DNA from: Archangiaceae bacterium
GTDB lineage: Bacteria; Myxococcota; Myxococcia; Myxococcales; Myxococcaceae
Direction: 5' to 3'
Assembly (NCBI GenBank): GCA_043750125.1
Contig: JAYVCD010000151.1
Location: forward strand, 1 to 18,308
DNA length: 18,308 nucleotides
The number at the start of each line of letters is the position of its first letter. Within the stretch, counting starts at the first letter, position 1. The notes under the pieces were generated by a model. That model ran no database searches and had not been told where the DNA came from. It saw only the letters and a list, made by a program, of their open reading frames with translations. Positions 1-8,528 of this stretch are shown in pieces. A program made the translations under genes and the position numbers.

Positions 1-1
1 C

Positions 2-247
2 TGGCACACCTCAGGCTCGACGGTGGTCGATCGCGTCACCTTCGGAAAGGCGCTGTGCGAGGTGTTCGGGTTCGATGCTTCGCTGATCACTCCGACAACG
101 CTGGCTGCGTTGAACCTCGCCTCGCCGCGCCCTCCCCGTTCGGGCCTGAAGGTTGATTTGACCGCCGCGGCTTTGACCGTCAAGCCGTTGGCATTGGCCG
201 AGGCGCTGGCGCAATTTCACGCTGAATACACAGGAGTCCGTCCATGA
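2..247 (+). CDS. rmlD: C-terminal fragment of an RmlD-like dTDP-4-dehydrorhamnose reductase (5'-truncated by the window edge)
   Basis: Frame 2 is open from the window start: [23 protein letters not shown]...[13 protein letters not shown], matching the RmlD C-terminal pattern (H-x-S/A-G...R..F...xxRP..S.L). Its stop overlaps the rmlA start (ATGA, 244-247). Confidence 0.75.
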   Translation, partial: WHTSGSTVVDRVTFGKALCEVFGFDASLITPTTLAALNLASPRPPRSGLKVDLTAAALTVKPLALAEALAQFHAEYTGVRP

Positions 248-1125
248 AAGGCATCGTGCTCGCCGGTGGTTCTGGTTCCCGGCTTCATCCGCTCACCCGG
301 GTCGTCTCGAAGCAGCTGCTGCCGATCTACGACAAGCCGATGGTCTACTACCCGATCAGCACGCTGATGCTGGCGGGGATCAACGAGATCCTCCTGATCT
401 CGACTCCGCAGGACCTGCCGCGTTTCCGCGAGCTGCTCGGGTCGGGCGAACAGTGGGGCGTGAAGTTCTCCTACGCCGAACAATTGAAGCCCGACGGGCT
501 GGCTCAGGCATTCACGATCGGAAAGAGCTTCATCGGCAAGGACAACGTTGCTCTGGTGCTGGGCGACAACATCTTCTACGGGGCCGGCCTGTCCGAGATG
601 GTGCAGCGGGCGGCGAAGGTTGAGAAGGGCGGCGTCGTCTTCGGCTACTGGGTCAAAGACCCCGAGCGATACGGAGTCGTCGAGCTCGATGCTCAGCACC
701 ACGCCATTTCTCTGGCCGAAAAGCCCAAAGAGCCCAAATCGAACTACGCGGTCACTGGCCTTTATTTTTACGACAACCAGGTGGTCGAGATCGCCGAGAA
801 GTTGAAGCCCTCTCCGCGCGGTGAATACGAAATTACCGACGTGAACATCGAGTACCTGCGCCGCAAGCAGCTGAAGGTTGAAATCATGAGCCGCGGGTAC
901 GCCTGGCTCGACACCGGTACCCACCGGTCGTTGATGGAAGCCTCTGAGTTCATCAAGATCCTCGAAGAACGGCAGGGCCTGAAGGTGGGCTGCCTCGAGG
1001 AAATCGCCTGGAGGATGCACTTCATCGACACCGAGCAGCTGCTCAAGCTCGCCCAACCGATGAAGAACAACGACTACGGCCAATACCTGATCGACATCGC
1101 CCGTGGCCCTCAGCAAATTCCATGA
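244..1125 (+). CDS. rmlA: Glucose-1-phosphate thymidylyltransferase (293 aa)
   Basis: Canonical RmlA/RfbA motifs: [57 protein letters not shown]. Confidence 0.98.
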   Translation: MKGIVLAGGSGSRLHPLTRVVSKQLLPIYDKPMVYYPISTLMLAGINEILLISTPQDLPRFRELLGSGEQWGVKFSYAEQLKPDGLAQAFTIGKSFIGKDNVALVLGDNIFYGAGLSEMVQRAAKVEKGGVVFGYWVKDPERYGVVELDAQHHAISLAEKPKEPKSNYAVTGLYFYDNQVVEIAEKLKPSPRGEYEITDVNIEYLRRKQLKVEIMSRGYAWLDTGTHRSLMEASEFIKILEERQGLKVGCLEEIAWRMHFIDTEQLLKLAQPMKNNDYGQYLIDIARGPQQIP

Positions 1126-1658
1126 AAATCATCCGCCCAGAAATCGCTGGACTGCTGGTCTTTGAACCCAAGGTTTATCGCGACGACCGCGGCTTCTTCG
1201 TCGAGACCTTTCAACAGGCCCGGTATGCAGAGCTCGGCATTGGTCCCTTCGTGCAAGACAACTGGTCGCGCTCGAAGAAGGGGGTGTTGCGCGGACTTCA
1301 CTTTCAGCAGCCGCGCGCCCAGGGCAAGTTGATGATGGTGACCCGCGGGGCGGCCTGGGACGTGGCGGTCGACATTCGCAAAAGTTCGCCGACGTTTGGA
1401 AAGCACTTCTCGGTCGAGCTGTCCGAGAGCACCGGCCGCCAATTCTGGGTGCCGGCAGGCTTCGCGCACGGCTTCATCGCGCTCACCGACGACACCGACT
1501 TTCTCTACAAAGTCACCGACGTCTTCGACCCGGAATCCGAAGGCGCGATCCGGTGGGATGATCCGGCGCTCGCGATTCCCTGGCCGCTCGCCAACCCGCT
1601 GGTGTCGGGGAAGGACCAGAAGGCGCCGCTGCTCAAAGACGCACCTCGACTTTTTTAA
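1122..1658 (+). CDS. rmlC: dTDP-4-dehydrorhamnose 3,5-epimerase (178 aa)
   Basis: Motifs [56 protein letters not shown] overlap with rmlA. Confidence 0.97.
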   Translation: MKIIRPEIAGLLVFEPKVYRDDRGFFVETFQQARYAELGIGPFVQDNWSRSKKGVLRGLHFQQPRAQGKLMMVTRGAAWDVAVDIRKSSPTFGKHFSVELSESTGRQFWVPAGFAHGFIALTDDTDFLYKVTDVFDPESEGAIRWDDPALAIPWPLANPLVSGKDQKAPLLKDAPRLF

Positions 1659-1684
1659 GAATCCTCGAAGATCCCTGCAACCCA

Positions 1685-2173
1685 CTACCGGGGGCGCGGT
1701 GTTCGCTTGCGCCTGGGTTTTGGTTTGGCGATGGGCTCGAGTTTCGCAACGTCTAGAAGATCCTGGGGCCTCCCTACCGCTCGTTTGTTTTTGATCAGAT
1801 CGGGCAGCGAAAGGAACGCGACCGCAGTGGATCCATATTTGCCTTTCTCGCGGCGTCGAAATGAGCTGTCGAAATCCAGCCCGTCGACTTCGGTGATGAT
1901 GTCGATCCGCACCGGTTCAATTCCAATCTGAAAGATGATTCCGGGGGTCGCGAGATCCGCAACGCGAAGGTTGTTCAGCGGCGCCCGAAAGAGCTTGAGC
2001 GCGCGATATACCCTCTGCGCGTTTGGCCGCGAAGCACCGACCCAGACATCGAGGTCCTTGGTGTAGCGCGGCTCGGTGTGCCTCATCACGGCGTAGGCGC
2101 CGACAATCAGAAACTCAGCGCGCTCGCTTGATAAGGCGGACAACAGATCTTCGAAGTCGCGGTGGTGATCCAT
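1685..2173 (-). CDS. Putative nucleotidyltransferase, DNA pol-beta superfamily (DUF6036/AbiEii-like), ~162 aa
   Basis: N-terminal signature LIVGAYAV...EPRYTKDLDVWV (GxxA + RxTxDxD), a third Asp in RIDI, and a C-terminal NKRAVGRPQDLLD motif. I moved the start to the ATG at 2173, which is preceded by the SD-like AGGGGG. Confidence 0.85.
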   Translation of the reverse strand: MDHHRDFEDLLSALSSERAEFLIVGAYAVMRHTEPRYTKDLDVWVGASRPNAQRVYRALKLFRAPLNNLRVADLATPGIIFQIGIEPVRIDIITEVDGLDFDSSFRRREKGKYGSTAVAFLSLPDLIKNKRAVGRPQDLLDVAKLEPIAKPKPRRKRTPRPR

Positions 2174-2336
2174 CTTGCCCCCTGAATCGCGCAACCTCCG
2201 CGACCATCTGAGCTGCCGCCCGGAAGATGGCCTCGGTGCCCGCCGCTTGCCAGAACTCTCGATCGAATGAGCCGTCGTCGCGCTGGCCGGGTCTCAGCAA
2301 TCGACTCATCACCACCGGCCGCCGAGCAGTTCCCAT
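2115..2336 (-). CDS. Small hypothetical protein (~73 aa), putative partner or antitoxin of the downstream nucleotidyltransferase
   Basis: MGTARRPVVMSRLLRPGQRDDGSFDREFWQAAGTEAIFRAAAQMVAEVARFRGQDGSPPRLRRSVVRLIKRAR. The D-x-x-FWQ...RLxRSV pattern resembles small proteins I recall lying upstream of such NTases. It overlaps the NTase gene by 59 nt, and an extended -10-like motif sits 7 nt before its ATG. Alternative start at 2309. Confidence 0.7.
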   Translation of the reverse strand: MGTARRPVVMSRLLRPGQRDDGSFDREFWQAAGTEAIFRAAAQMVAEVARFRGQDGSPPRLRRSVVRLIKRAR

Positions 2337-2343
2337 CTTCAGG

Positions 2344-2352
2344 ACGGTAACA
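2344..2352 (-). promoter_or_regulatory. Extended -10-like element (TGtTACCGT); possible leaderless promoter for the two-gene module
   Basis: The minus strand reads TG-T-TACCGT-CCTGAAG-ATG, i.e. TGn-TAnnnT with a 7-nt spacer to the ATG at 2336, and there is no clear SD. Confidence 0.45.
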
Positions 2353-2466
2353 CGAGGGCGCTGACGACCCCGCGAGCGGCTGACTCGCCAGTGGGCAGGT
2401 ACCGGGGGTCGATTTGGTGCCACTGAAGCGGCCACGCCCGGGCGCGAATCGGCTAATCAGCGTCCC

Positions 2467-4575
2467 GTGACCGAGCCCGTGGGCTTTTCCTCGATGTTCA
2501 AGACCTGGAGCAGGCGCCTTGCAGCCGGCAGCTTCGACCCCGCTCGGCTCTCGAAGGTCGACGCCGTCATCATTGGCCTGATCATCGTGTGGGGCACCTG
2601 GCTGCTCGCCCCCGGCCTGGCTCACCCCGGGCTGCAGAGCTGGGACGGGGTGTTCCACCAGGCCGCCGCCCGCGGCACCTACGAATCTTTTTTCTTCCCA
2701 CACATCTACGTCGACCCGATTTACCCGGTTCCGGTGGATGCCTGGTGGGGGGGGAGCGTATTCCTGCACAAGCCCACCGCGCCGTTCTGGTTTGCCGCGC
2801 TGGTGATGAAAGTGATTGGAGTCACCCCGGCGGCGCTGCGGTTCGTCGCCCTGGTAGGAGAGCTCGGCGCAGCCGTTTGTTTGTTTCTCTTCATCCGCGG
2901 CCTCGCCGGACAGCTGCCCGCCGCATTGGCAGCTCTGGGGTTCCTCTCACTGCCCGCGGGTTGGCTGCTCACCCAGGGGATCACCTTTGGCGATGCCACC
3001 GACTGCACGCTGGTGGGGTTTGCAATGCTCGCCGTGACGTTGATGGTCTACGCGATCGAGAAAGACTCCTGGCGCTGGGCGATGGCGTCGGGCGCGGCCA
3101 TCGGGTTGGCCTATCTGTGCAAGACGGTGATGGGGCTGGCTCCGCTGGGAGTCGCCACCGCCCTTTGTGTTTTGCGACTGGTCCGCTTCTCTGCAGGCCT
3201 GCGGGTCTCTCAATTGCTCGCGCTCGCGGGAGCCACCGTCGCGGTGGCAGCCCCCTGGAACATCTACTGCGCGCTGAAGTGGCCCGAGGTCTATTCCTTC
3301 GGCGCCAAGCTGACGGTGGGGCATCTGACCGCCGATTCGGGGGCAGCCACCGGGGGGTGGCACCGTCCGCTCGACGCGGTGTTCACCGAGCTGAACAGCT
3401 GGGAATACCTTCCGCTGCCGGTCATCGTCCCGGTGATGGCCGGCACCTGGCTCATCATTCGCGGAATCTGGAAGCGCGAGCCCCCCGTGCTGGCGGCGGC
3501 AATCTGGGTCTGGGCGACCTGGCTGACCCACTCGATGATCAGCGTCAAAGCCCCGGCCCATGTGTGGACCGCGGTGCCGGGAGTCTTCGCGGGCCTGGCG
3601 TTGATCGTCGTCGATGCCCGCCGCTATCCCCCGCTGGCCGCCGCCGCGCTGGCCGCGATCTTCACTCCGGCGCTGATGTCCTGGCTTCCTTCTCTGGGAA
3701 AAGTGCGCGAGTGGCTCCCGCAGGCGCTGGTCCAGACCCGCTCGGTTCCGGGCCTCGCCGAAGGCATCGTGCTCTGCCTCGCCGCGGCACTGATCACCTG
3801 GGGGCTGTGGCGACTGGCCCGACGGCCCCCCGCGATGGGCTGGACTCTGGGCGGCGTCTACACCGGCTGCCTGGTCTGGTTGATTGCCTGGCAGTTGCCC
3901 GTCGCGAACAAAGCGCAGGAAGCCACCCACGAGTTCTTGCTGCTCACCAGCTACAGCAAAGAAGTCGGGCAGGCGGTCGACGCCGCGGTCCCGAAGAAGA
4001 GCGTGCTGTTCCAGGACATCGATCTGGATCCCGCCGAGGTGTACGAGGTCCAGGGCTCCATCTTCTGGAGCGGGCGAATGACCTATCGCAGCGCCCCGGA
4101 TCTCCCCACCGCCGCGGCCAAAGGCTATCACCCGTACCTCATCTCGCCGGCGGCGGAACCGTTTGCTCCCCTGCCCCAGGTGCCTGCCCATGCGTGGCTG
4201 CGTGCGTATGATCTGCTGACCCCAGTCCCCGGACCCACGCCGCTGCCGGACGGAATTCAGCCGCTTCAGCTCGAGCTGGGCGACAACACCGTGCTCGGGC
4301 TCGCCTACGGCCCCATCGACGACACCCACGACAAGTACGCGTTCTACGTTCGACCGAACGGACCGCCGGTTGCGCTGTCCGTGGTGTTCGTGAAGAACGA
4401 TGGAACCGAAATCACCCGCCAACTCGAACCCGAATTGTCGCTTCGCAATCGCAACCGACTGGCGGGCGCGCAGTGGTACGTGCTGCCTTCGCTCGGCCCT
4501 CCGGGAAGACAGCTGAAGGCGATCGACTTCGGTCCCTCGAGGCAGCGGGCGATCTTAAGTCGGCGCGACCTGTAG
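2467..4575 (+). CDS. ArnT/PMT-like GT-C fold polytopic membrane glycosyltransferase with a C-terminal soluble domain (702 aa)
   Basis: The N-terminal TM is followed by SWDGVFH (position of the acidic motif) and FLHKPT.PFW (equivalent of ArnT FEKPP). Further matches are ALRF and GLAYLCK (LTK-like). There are many hydrophobic segments up to ~aa 480, then a Pro-rich hydrophilic domain. GTG start; alternative ATG at 2494. Confidence 0.8.
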   Translation: MTEPVGFSSMFKTWSRRLAAGSFDPARLSKVDAVIIGLIIVWGTWLLAPGLAHPGLQSWDGVFHQAAARGTYESFFFPHIYVDPIYPVPVDAWWGGSVFLHKPTAPFWFAALVMKVIGVTPAALRFVALVGELGAAVCLFLFIRGLAGQLPAALAALGFLSLPAGWLLTQGITFGDATDCTLVGFAMLAVTLMVYAIEKDSWRWAMASGAAIGLAYLCKTVMGLAPLGVATALCVLRLVRFSAGLRVSQLLALAGATVAVAAPWNIYCALKWPEVYSFGAKLTVGHLTADSGAATGGWHRPLDAVFTELNSWEYLPLPVIVPVMAGTWLIIRGIWKREPPVLAAAIWVWATWLTHSMISVKAPAHVWTAVPGVFAGLALIVVDARRYPPLAAAALAAIFTPALMSWLPSLGKVREWLPQALVQTRSVPGLAEGIVLCLAAALITWGLWRLARRPPAMGWTLGGVYTGCLVWLIAWQLPVANKAQEATHEFLLLTSYSKEVGQAVDAAVPKKSVLFQDIDLDPAEVYEVQGSIFWSGRMTYRSAPDLPTAAAKGYHPYLISPAAEPFAPLPQVPAHAWLRAYDLLTPVPGPTPLPDGIQPLQLELGDNTVLGLAYGPIDDTHDKYAFYVRPNGPPVALSVVFVKNDGTEITRQLEPELSLRNRNRLAGAQWYVLPSLGPPGRQLKAIDFGPSRQRAILSRRDL

Positions 4576-5655
4576 ATACGCTTCGAGCTGCGCTTCGCAC
4601 AACGCGGCAAGCTTCAACGGCCCCGCGCCTTTGAGCTGCTCGCGGTACCAGGCGACGGTGTTCGCCACCGCGTCGTCGAGCCCCCACCGCGGACTCCACC
4701 CCAAACGGGTCTGCGCTTTTTCGATCGCCAGCCGAAGCAGCGAAGCCTCGTGCTTCGCCTCGGGGTCGCTCAAGTCTTCCCAGCGCCCACTGCCCCAGGC
4801 CGAAATCAGCTTCTCGACCAGAGGCGCCACCGCGACCGTAGAAGAAAAGTCCGGGCCGAAGTTCCACGCTTCACAGAACGGCGCCGGTTGAGGGCCGAGC
4901 AGCTTCGCGCCCAACCACAGGTAGCCGCCAAGCGGCTCGAGCACGTGCTGCCAGGGCCTCACCGACTTCGGGCTGCGGACCCCGATCGGCTTGCCTTCGC
5001 ACAGCGCGGTGATCGCGTCGGGGACAATCCGGTCTGCGGCCCAATCGCCTCCGCCGATGACGTTGCCCGCCCGCGCGGTCGCGACTTTCACTCCGTGCTG
5101 AGAAATCTTCGCGGTCGGGAAAAAGCTTCGACGCCAGCTGGCGGTGACGAGCTCGGCGGCAGCCTTGCTCATCGAGTAGACGTCATGCCCGCCCATCGGC
5201 TCGACTTCGCGGTAGCCGAAGATCCATTCCTGATTTTCGTAGCACTTGTCGCTGGTGACGACGACGCACGCGACCGGGCCCTTGAGCGCCTTGAGCGCCT
5301 CGAGGACGTGGGCCGTACCGCGGACGTTGGTGTCGAGCGTCAGCAGCGGCTCGTCGTAGCTCTTGCGAACCAACGGCTGGGCGGCGAGGTGAAAGACGAT
5401 GTCCGGTCGGGCGGCGACGACGGCCGCGCGCACCGCGTCGGGGTCTCGGACATCGCCCAGGTGGTGTTCGCAGGCCTGCTCGACGCCGGCGGCGAGAAAG
5501 ATTCCCTTCGGCTGATCTGGAGCCAGTGCATAGCCTGTGACTTCGGCGCCGAGGTTCTTGAGCCAGAGCGCGAGCCAGGCCCCTTTGAAGCCGGTGTGCC
5601 CGGTGAGAAAGACCCGTTTTCCGGCGTACGCGGCCCGCAAGCCGGCAGCGTTCAC
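4555..5655 (-). CDS. rfbG: CDP-glucose 4,6-dehydratase (~366 aa)
   Basis: Motifs VFLTGHTGFKGAWL, HLAAQPLVRKSY, TSDKCYEN, YSMSK, RAGNVIGGGDW, RPWQHVLEPL, WNFGP, HEA.LL.L. The GTG start overlaps the rfbF stop (GTGA). Confidence 0.96.
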   Translation of the reverse strand: MNAAGLRAAYAGKRVFLTGHTGFKGAWLALWLKNLGAEVTGYALAPDQPKGIFLAAGVEQACEHHLGDVRDPDAVRAAVVAARPDIVFHLAAQPLVRKSYDEPLLTLDTNVRGTAHVLEALKALKGPVACVVVTSDKCYENQEWIFGYREVEPMGGHDVYSMSKAAAELVTASWRRSFFPTAKISQHGVKVATARAGNVIGGGDWAADRIVPDAITALCEGKPIGVRSPKSVRPWQHVLEPLGGYLWLGAKLLGPQPAPFCEAWNFGPDFSSTVAVAPLVEKLISAWGSGRWEDLSDPEAKHEASLLRLAIEKAQTRLGWSPRWGLDDAVANTVAWYREQLKGAGPLKLAALCEAQLEAYLQVAPT

Positions 5656-6437
5656 TTCCAGACCTTCCACGGCGCGGTGCCCTTGGCCCACAAGTCGTTG
5701 AGCAGGTTGAATTCTCGCAAGGTGTCCATCGGCTGCCAGAACCCGCCGTGGGTGAAGGCGGACAGCTGCCCGTCGGTGGACAACTTCTGGAGCGGATCGC
5801 GCTCGAGCACCGTGCTCGGGTCGGTGCCGAGGTAGTTCCAGATCTTCTTGCTGTCGCAGACGAAGAAGCCGCCGTTGATGTACCCCTCGGACGTCTGCGG
5901 CTTCTCGGCGAACTCACTGACTTTCGACCCCTCGACCCGCAGCTCTCCGAAGCGCCCGGGAGGTCGCACCGCGGTCACGGTCGCGACCTTTCCTTCCTTC
6001 TGGTGAAACGCGATCAGCTTGCCGATGTCTACGTCCGACACTCCATCGCCGTACGTCAGGCAGAACTGGGCGTCGTTCTCGACGTACTTTCGAATCGCCG
6101 ACACCCGGCCGCCGGTCATCGTCTGCTCGCCGGTTTCCGCCAGCGTGACCACCCAGTCTTCCTCCGAGTGGTTCCCGTGAAACGTGACCGACTTGTCGGC
6201 GCCCAGCGAGACCGTCACGTCGTTGGTCATCGCGCGGTAGTTGAGAAAAAATTCTTTGATCAGCCAGCCTTTGTAGCCAAGGCAGAGCACGAACTCTTTC
6301 ACTCCGTGCGCCGCATAGGACTTCATGATGTGCCAGACCATGGGCTTGTTGCCGATCGGGAGCATCGGCTTGGGCAATGACTCGCTGGCTTCGCGAATGC
6401 GCGTTCCCTGACCACCACAAAGAATGACGGCTTTCAT
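5652..6437 (-). CDS. rfbF: Glucose-1-phosphate cytidylyltransferase (261 aa)
   Basis: Motifs MKAVILCGGQGTRIRE, PKPM.PIG, CLGYKG..IKEFF, TMTGGR, LTYGDG, INGGFFV, FWQPMDT.RE, APWKVW. Confidence 0.97.
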   Translation of the reverse strand: MKAVILCGGQGTRIREASESLPKPMLPIGNKPMVWHIMKSYAAHGVKEFVLCLGYKGWLIKEFFLNYRAMTNDVTVSLGADKSVTFHGNHSEEDWVVTLAETGEQTMTGGRVSAIRKYVENDAQFCLTYGDGVSDVDIGKLIAFHQKEGKVATVTAVRPPGRFGELRVEGSKVSEFAEKPQTSEGYINGGFFVCDSKKIWNYLGTDPSTVLERDPLQKLSTDGQLSAFTHGGFWQPMDTLREFNLLNDLWAKGTAPWKVWK

Positions 6438-6438
6438 G

Positions 6439-7662
6439 TCAGTGGATGCGAGGAGCAGGAACCGGAGTGATGAGCTTCCCGCCCTTCCCGGTGTACGCCG
6501 ACAGTTGGCGCGCGATCTCGTCGAAGAAGTTCCACGCCAGCACGACCGAGTAGTCGGGCCGGGCGTCGATCAACGCCTGGGGAGTGACGACCGGCACGTG
6601 CGTCCCCGGCATCAACCGCCCCTGCTTGTGCGGCGAACGGTCGGCGACGAAGTCGAAGTATTCCTTCCCAAGCCCACAATAGTTGCTGAGCACGACGCCC
6701 TTGGCCGCCGCGCCGTAGGCCGCCATCGAGCCGCCTTTTTTCTTCAGGTCCATCAAGAACGCAGGCAGGGTTTCCTTCAGTCGCTCAGTGCCTTGCGCGA
6801 ACTTCTTCAGGTTCGGCATCGTGTTGAGGCCGCTGGCCTTCTCGGCGGCGATCCACTTGGCGACCGACGGTTTGGCCGTCGCCGAGCGCTTGCCGCGGGC
6901 AATCAGCGAGCCGCCATGCAGCGGAATCTCTTCGACGTCCCACAAGACCATTCCGGCCTGCTTGAACAACCGGTCGAGCGCGGTGACGGAAAAATACGAC
7001 AGGTGCTCATGGTAGATGGTGTCGAACTCGAGCCCGTCGACCATCGGCTTCAAGTACGGCACCTCGACGTGGAAGATCCCGTCGTCGGCGAGCCAGAGTC
7101 CGGCGCCGGCGACGAAGTCCACCACTTCTGGAACGTGCGCCACGACGTTGCGCGCGAGAATCAAGCGCGCCGGCCCGACCTCTTCGCGCATCTTCTTCGC
7201 CAGCGTCGAGTTGAAGAATTCGGCCGTGGTGGGGATCCCGTCTTTGTTGGCGACCTCGGCGATGTTGCGTGCCGGCTCGACCCCGTGAATCCGGCAATGC
7301 GCCTTGAAAGGCTTGAGGATGCAGCCGTCGTTGCTGGCGAGCTCAGCGACGAGATCATTTTTCGCAAGGTTGATTTCGGTGCGGTAGCGCTCGGCAAGGC
7401 TCACCCCCCACTTCACGATCGTCTCGGACATCGCCGAGAAGTAGAGGTAGTGCTCGAAGACGTCCTTCGGGTCGAGCATGTGGGTGAGCTGCACGTGGGT
7501 GCAGGCCGGACACAGGCTGATCGCCAGCGGGTGCTTCTTTTCGGCGGCGATCTCGGCGGCCCCGTTCAAGAAGCTGTTCACCGGGGGCATCAGGCCAAGG
7601 GACAGCACCGGCAACAGCTCGGTGCCTCCACAGATTCGACACGCAGCGATTGGGATCGACAT
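6439..7662 (-). CDS. Zn-binding SAM-dependent NDP-hexose C-methyltransferase (TcaB9/EryBIII/NovU-like family), ~407 aa
   Basis: Zn ligands CRICG and CPAC, SAM motif ELASNDG, then RNVVAHVP, FDTIYHEHLSYFS, HGGS, YGAAAKG, KQGRLMPG and LAWNF. The real start is MSIPIAAC at 7662; the upstream extension in the ORF track overlaps the neighbouring gene. Confidence 0.92.
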   Translation of the reverse strand: MSIPIAACRICGGTELLPVLSLGLMPPVNSFLNGAAEIAAEKKHPLAISLCPACTHVQLTHMLDPKDVFEHYLYFSAMSETIVKWGVSLAERYRTEINLAKNDLVAELASNDGCILKPFKAHCRIHGVEPARNIAEVANKDGIPTTAEFFNSTLAKKMREEVGPARLILARNVVAHVPEVVDFVAGAGLWLADDGIFHVEVPYLKPMVDGLEFDTIYHEHLSYFSVTALDRLFKQAGMVLWDVEEIPLHGGSLIARGKRSATAKPSVAKWIAAEKASGLNTMPNLKKFAQGTERLKETLPAFLMDLKKKGGSMAAYGAAAKGVVLSNYCGLGKEYFDFVADRSPHKQGRLMPGTHVPVVTPQALIDARPDYSVVLAWNFFDEIARQLSAYTGKGGKLITPVPAPRIH

Positions 7663-7673
7663 AGGGCCACGCT

Positions 7674-8528
7674 CTACCGCAACCCGTCCCCCAACGCCTT
7701 GAGAATTCCCTCTACCTCGGGTTGCCGGAAGGCGTGCCGTTCGCTGGTCAAGGCGACCCGGTCGGGCCGGGGAGCCACCTGCCCTGCCAGCCGCCAGTCG
7801 GTCTCGGTCAACTTCAGCGCCGGCAGCTGCAGCGCCTGGACGATCAAAGTGGCCCACTGCGCCTTGGTGAATTCCCGTTCACCGGTGAGGTGAACCACGC
7901 CTTCCATGTCCTGCCCCAGCAGCGTTAGCGCCGCTTCGCACAGCCACCCGGTCCAGGTCGGACAACCCGATTGTCCGGACGGGACTTTGAGCTCGGTGCC
8001 ATCCCGGGCATGGGAAAGCACCCGGTAGACGAAATTCTTTTTTCGCGCCTCGAGCCCGAAGACCCAGGCGGTGCGGCAAATCAGCGATCGCCCCCGTTCG
8101 AGCAGCAGCACCTCGACCTCGCGCTTGTGCTTCGCATACACGCTCAGCGGGTGGACCGCGTCGCTCTCGACGTAGCGGCCGTCTTTCTTTCCGTCGAACA
8201 CGTGATCGGTCGAGAAGAAGAGCAGCCGGGCCCGGGAACCCGCGGTCGCAGCGACCAGGTTCTGCACGGTCGAGACGTTGTCCCGGTGGCTGCGCGCCGG
8301 GTCCGATTCGCAGCCATCGACGTACGGCCAGGCCGAACAGATGGCGATCGCCTCGGGCGCAAAATCCTTCAGCGCGAGCTCGATGGCCGCGCGGTCGAGC
8401 AGGTCGACCACCCGGGTGGCCGCCCCCTCGACTTTGCGAGCGGACCCCAACACCGTGGCGGTGGGGCTCGCGCGCCGACCGAGCTCGCTCCCGACCAGCC
8501 CCGAGGCGCCGACCACCCACAGCCGCAT
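7674..8528 (-). CDS. RmlD-like NAD(P)H-dependent NDP-4-keto-6-deoxyhexose reductase (extended SDR, 284 aa)
   Basis: Rossmann motif VVGASGLVG, VDGCE, FSTDHVFDG, catalytic YAKHK (YxxxK), C-terminal APRP. Confidence 0.9.
   Translation of the reverse strand: MRLWVVGASGLVGSELGRRASPTATVLGSARKVEGAATRVVDLLDRAAIELALKDFAPEAIAICSAWPYVDGCESDPARSHRDNVSTVQNLVAATAGSRARLLFFSTDHVFDGKKDGRYVESDAVHPLSVYAKHKREVEVLLLERGRSLICRTAWVFGLEARKKNFVYRVLSHARDGTELKVPSGQSGCPTWTGWLCEAALTLLGQDMEGVVHLTGEREFTKAQWATLIVQALQLPALKLTETDWRLAGQVAPRPDRVALTSERHAFRQPEVEGILKALGDGLR

Noticed and set aside
1645..1685. T-run at the end of rmlC as a possible rho-independent terminator
   Set aside because: The T-run is coding (Leu-Phe-stop) and no convincing hairpin precedes it.
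2366..2410. Imperfect stem GACCCC...GGGGTC with an inner GCGAG/CTCGC pair; possible ncRNA or terminator
   Set aside because: The stems are short and GC-rich, as expected by chance. There is no U-tract and no recognisable RNA family.
5281..5299. Short tandem repeat CTTGAGCGC x2 (also GCCTGCG x2 near 9019)
   Set aside because: Only two copies. The first simply encodes ALKALK within rfbG, and there is no CRISPR-like or VNTR periodicity.
4555..6437. Interpreting rfbF/rfbG as a 3,6-dideoxyhexose (abequose/tyvelose) pathway
   Set aside because: No rfbH/ddhC PLP-dependent 3-dehydrase is present in the operon; a C-methyltransferase is there instead.
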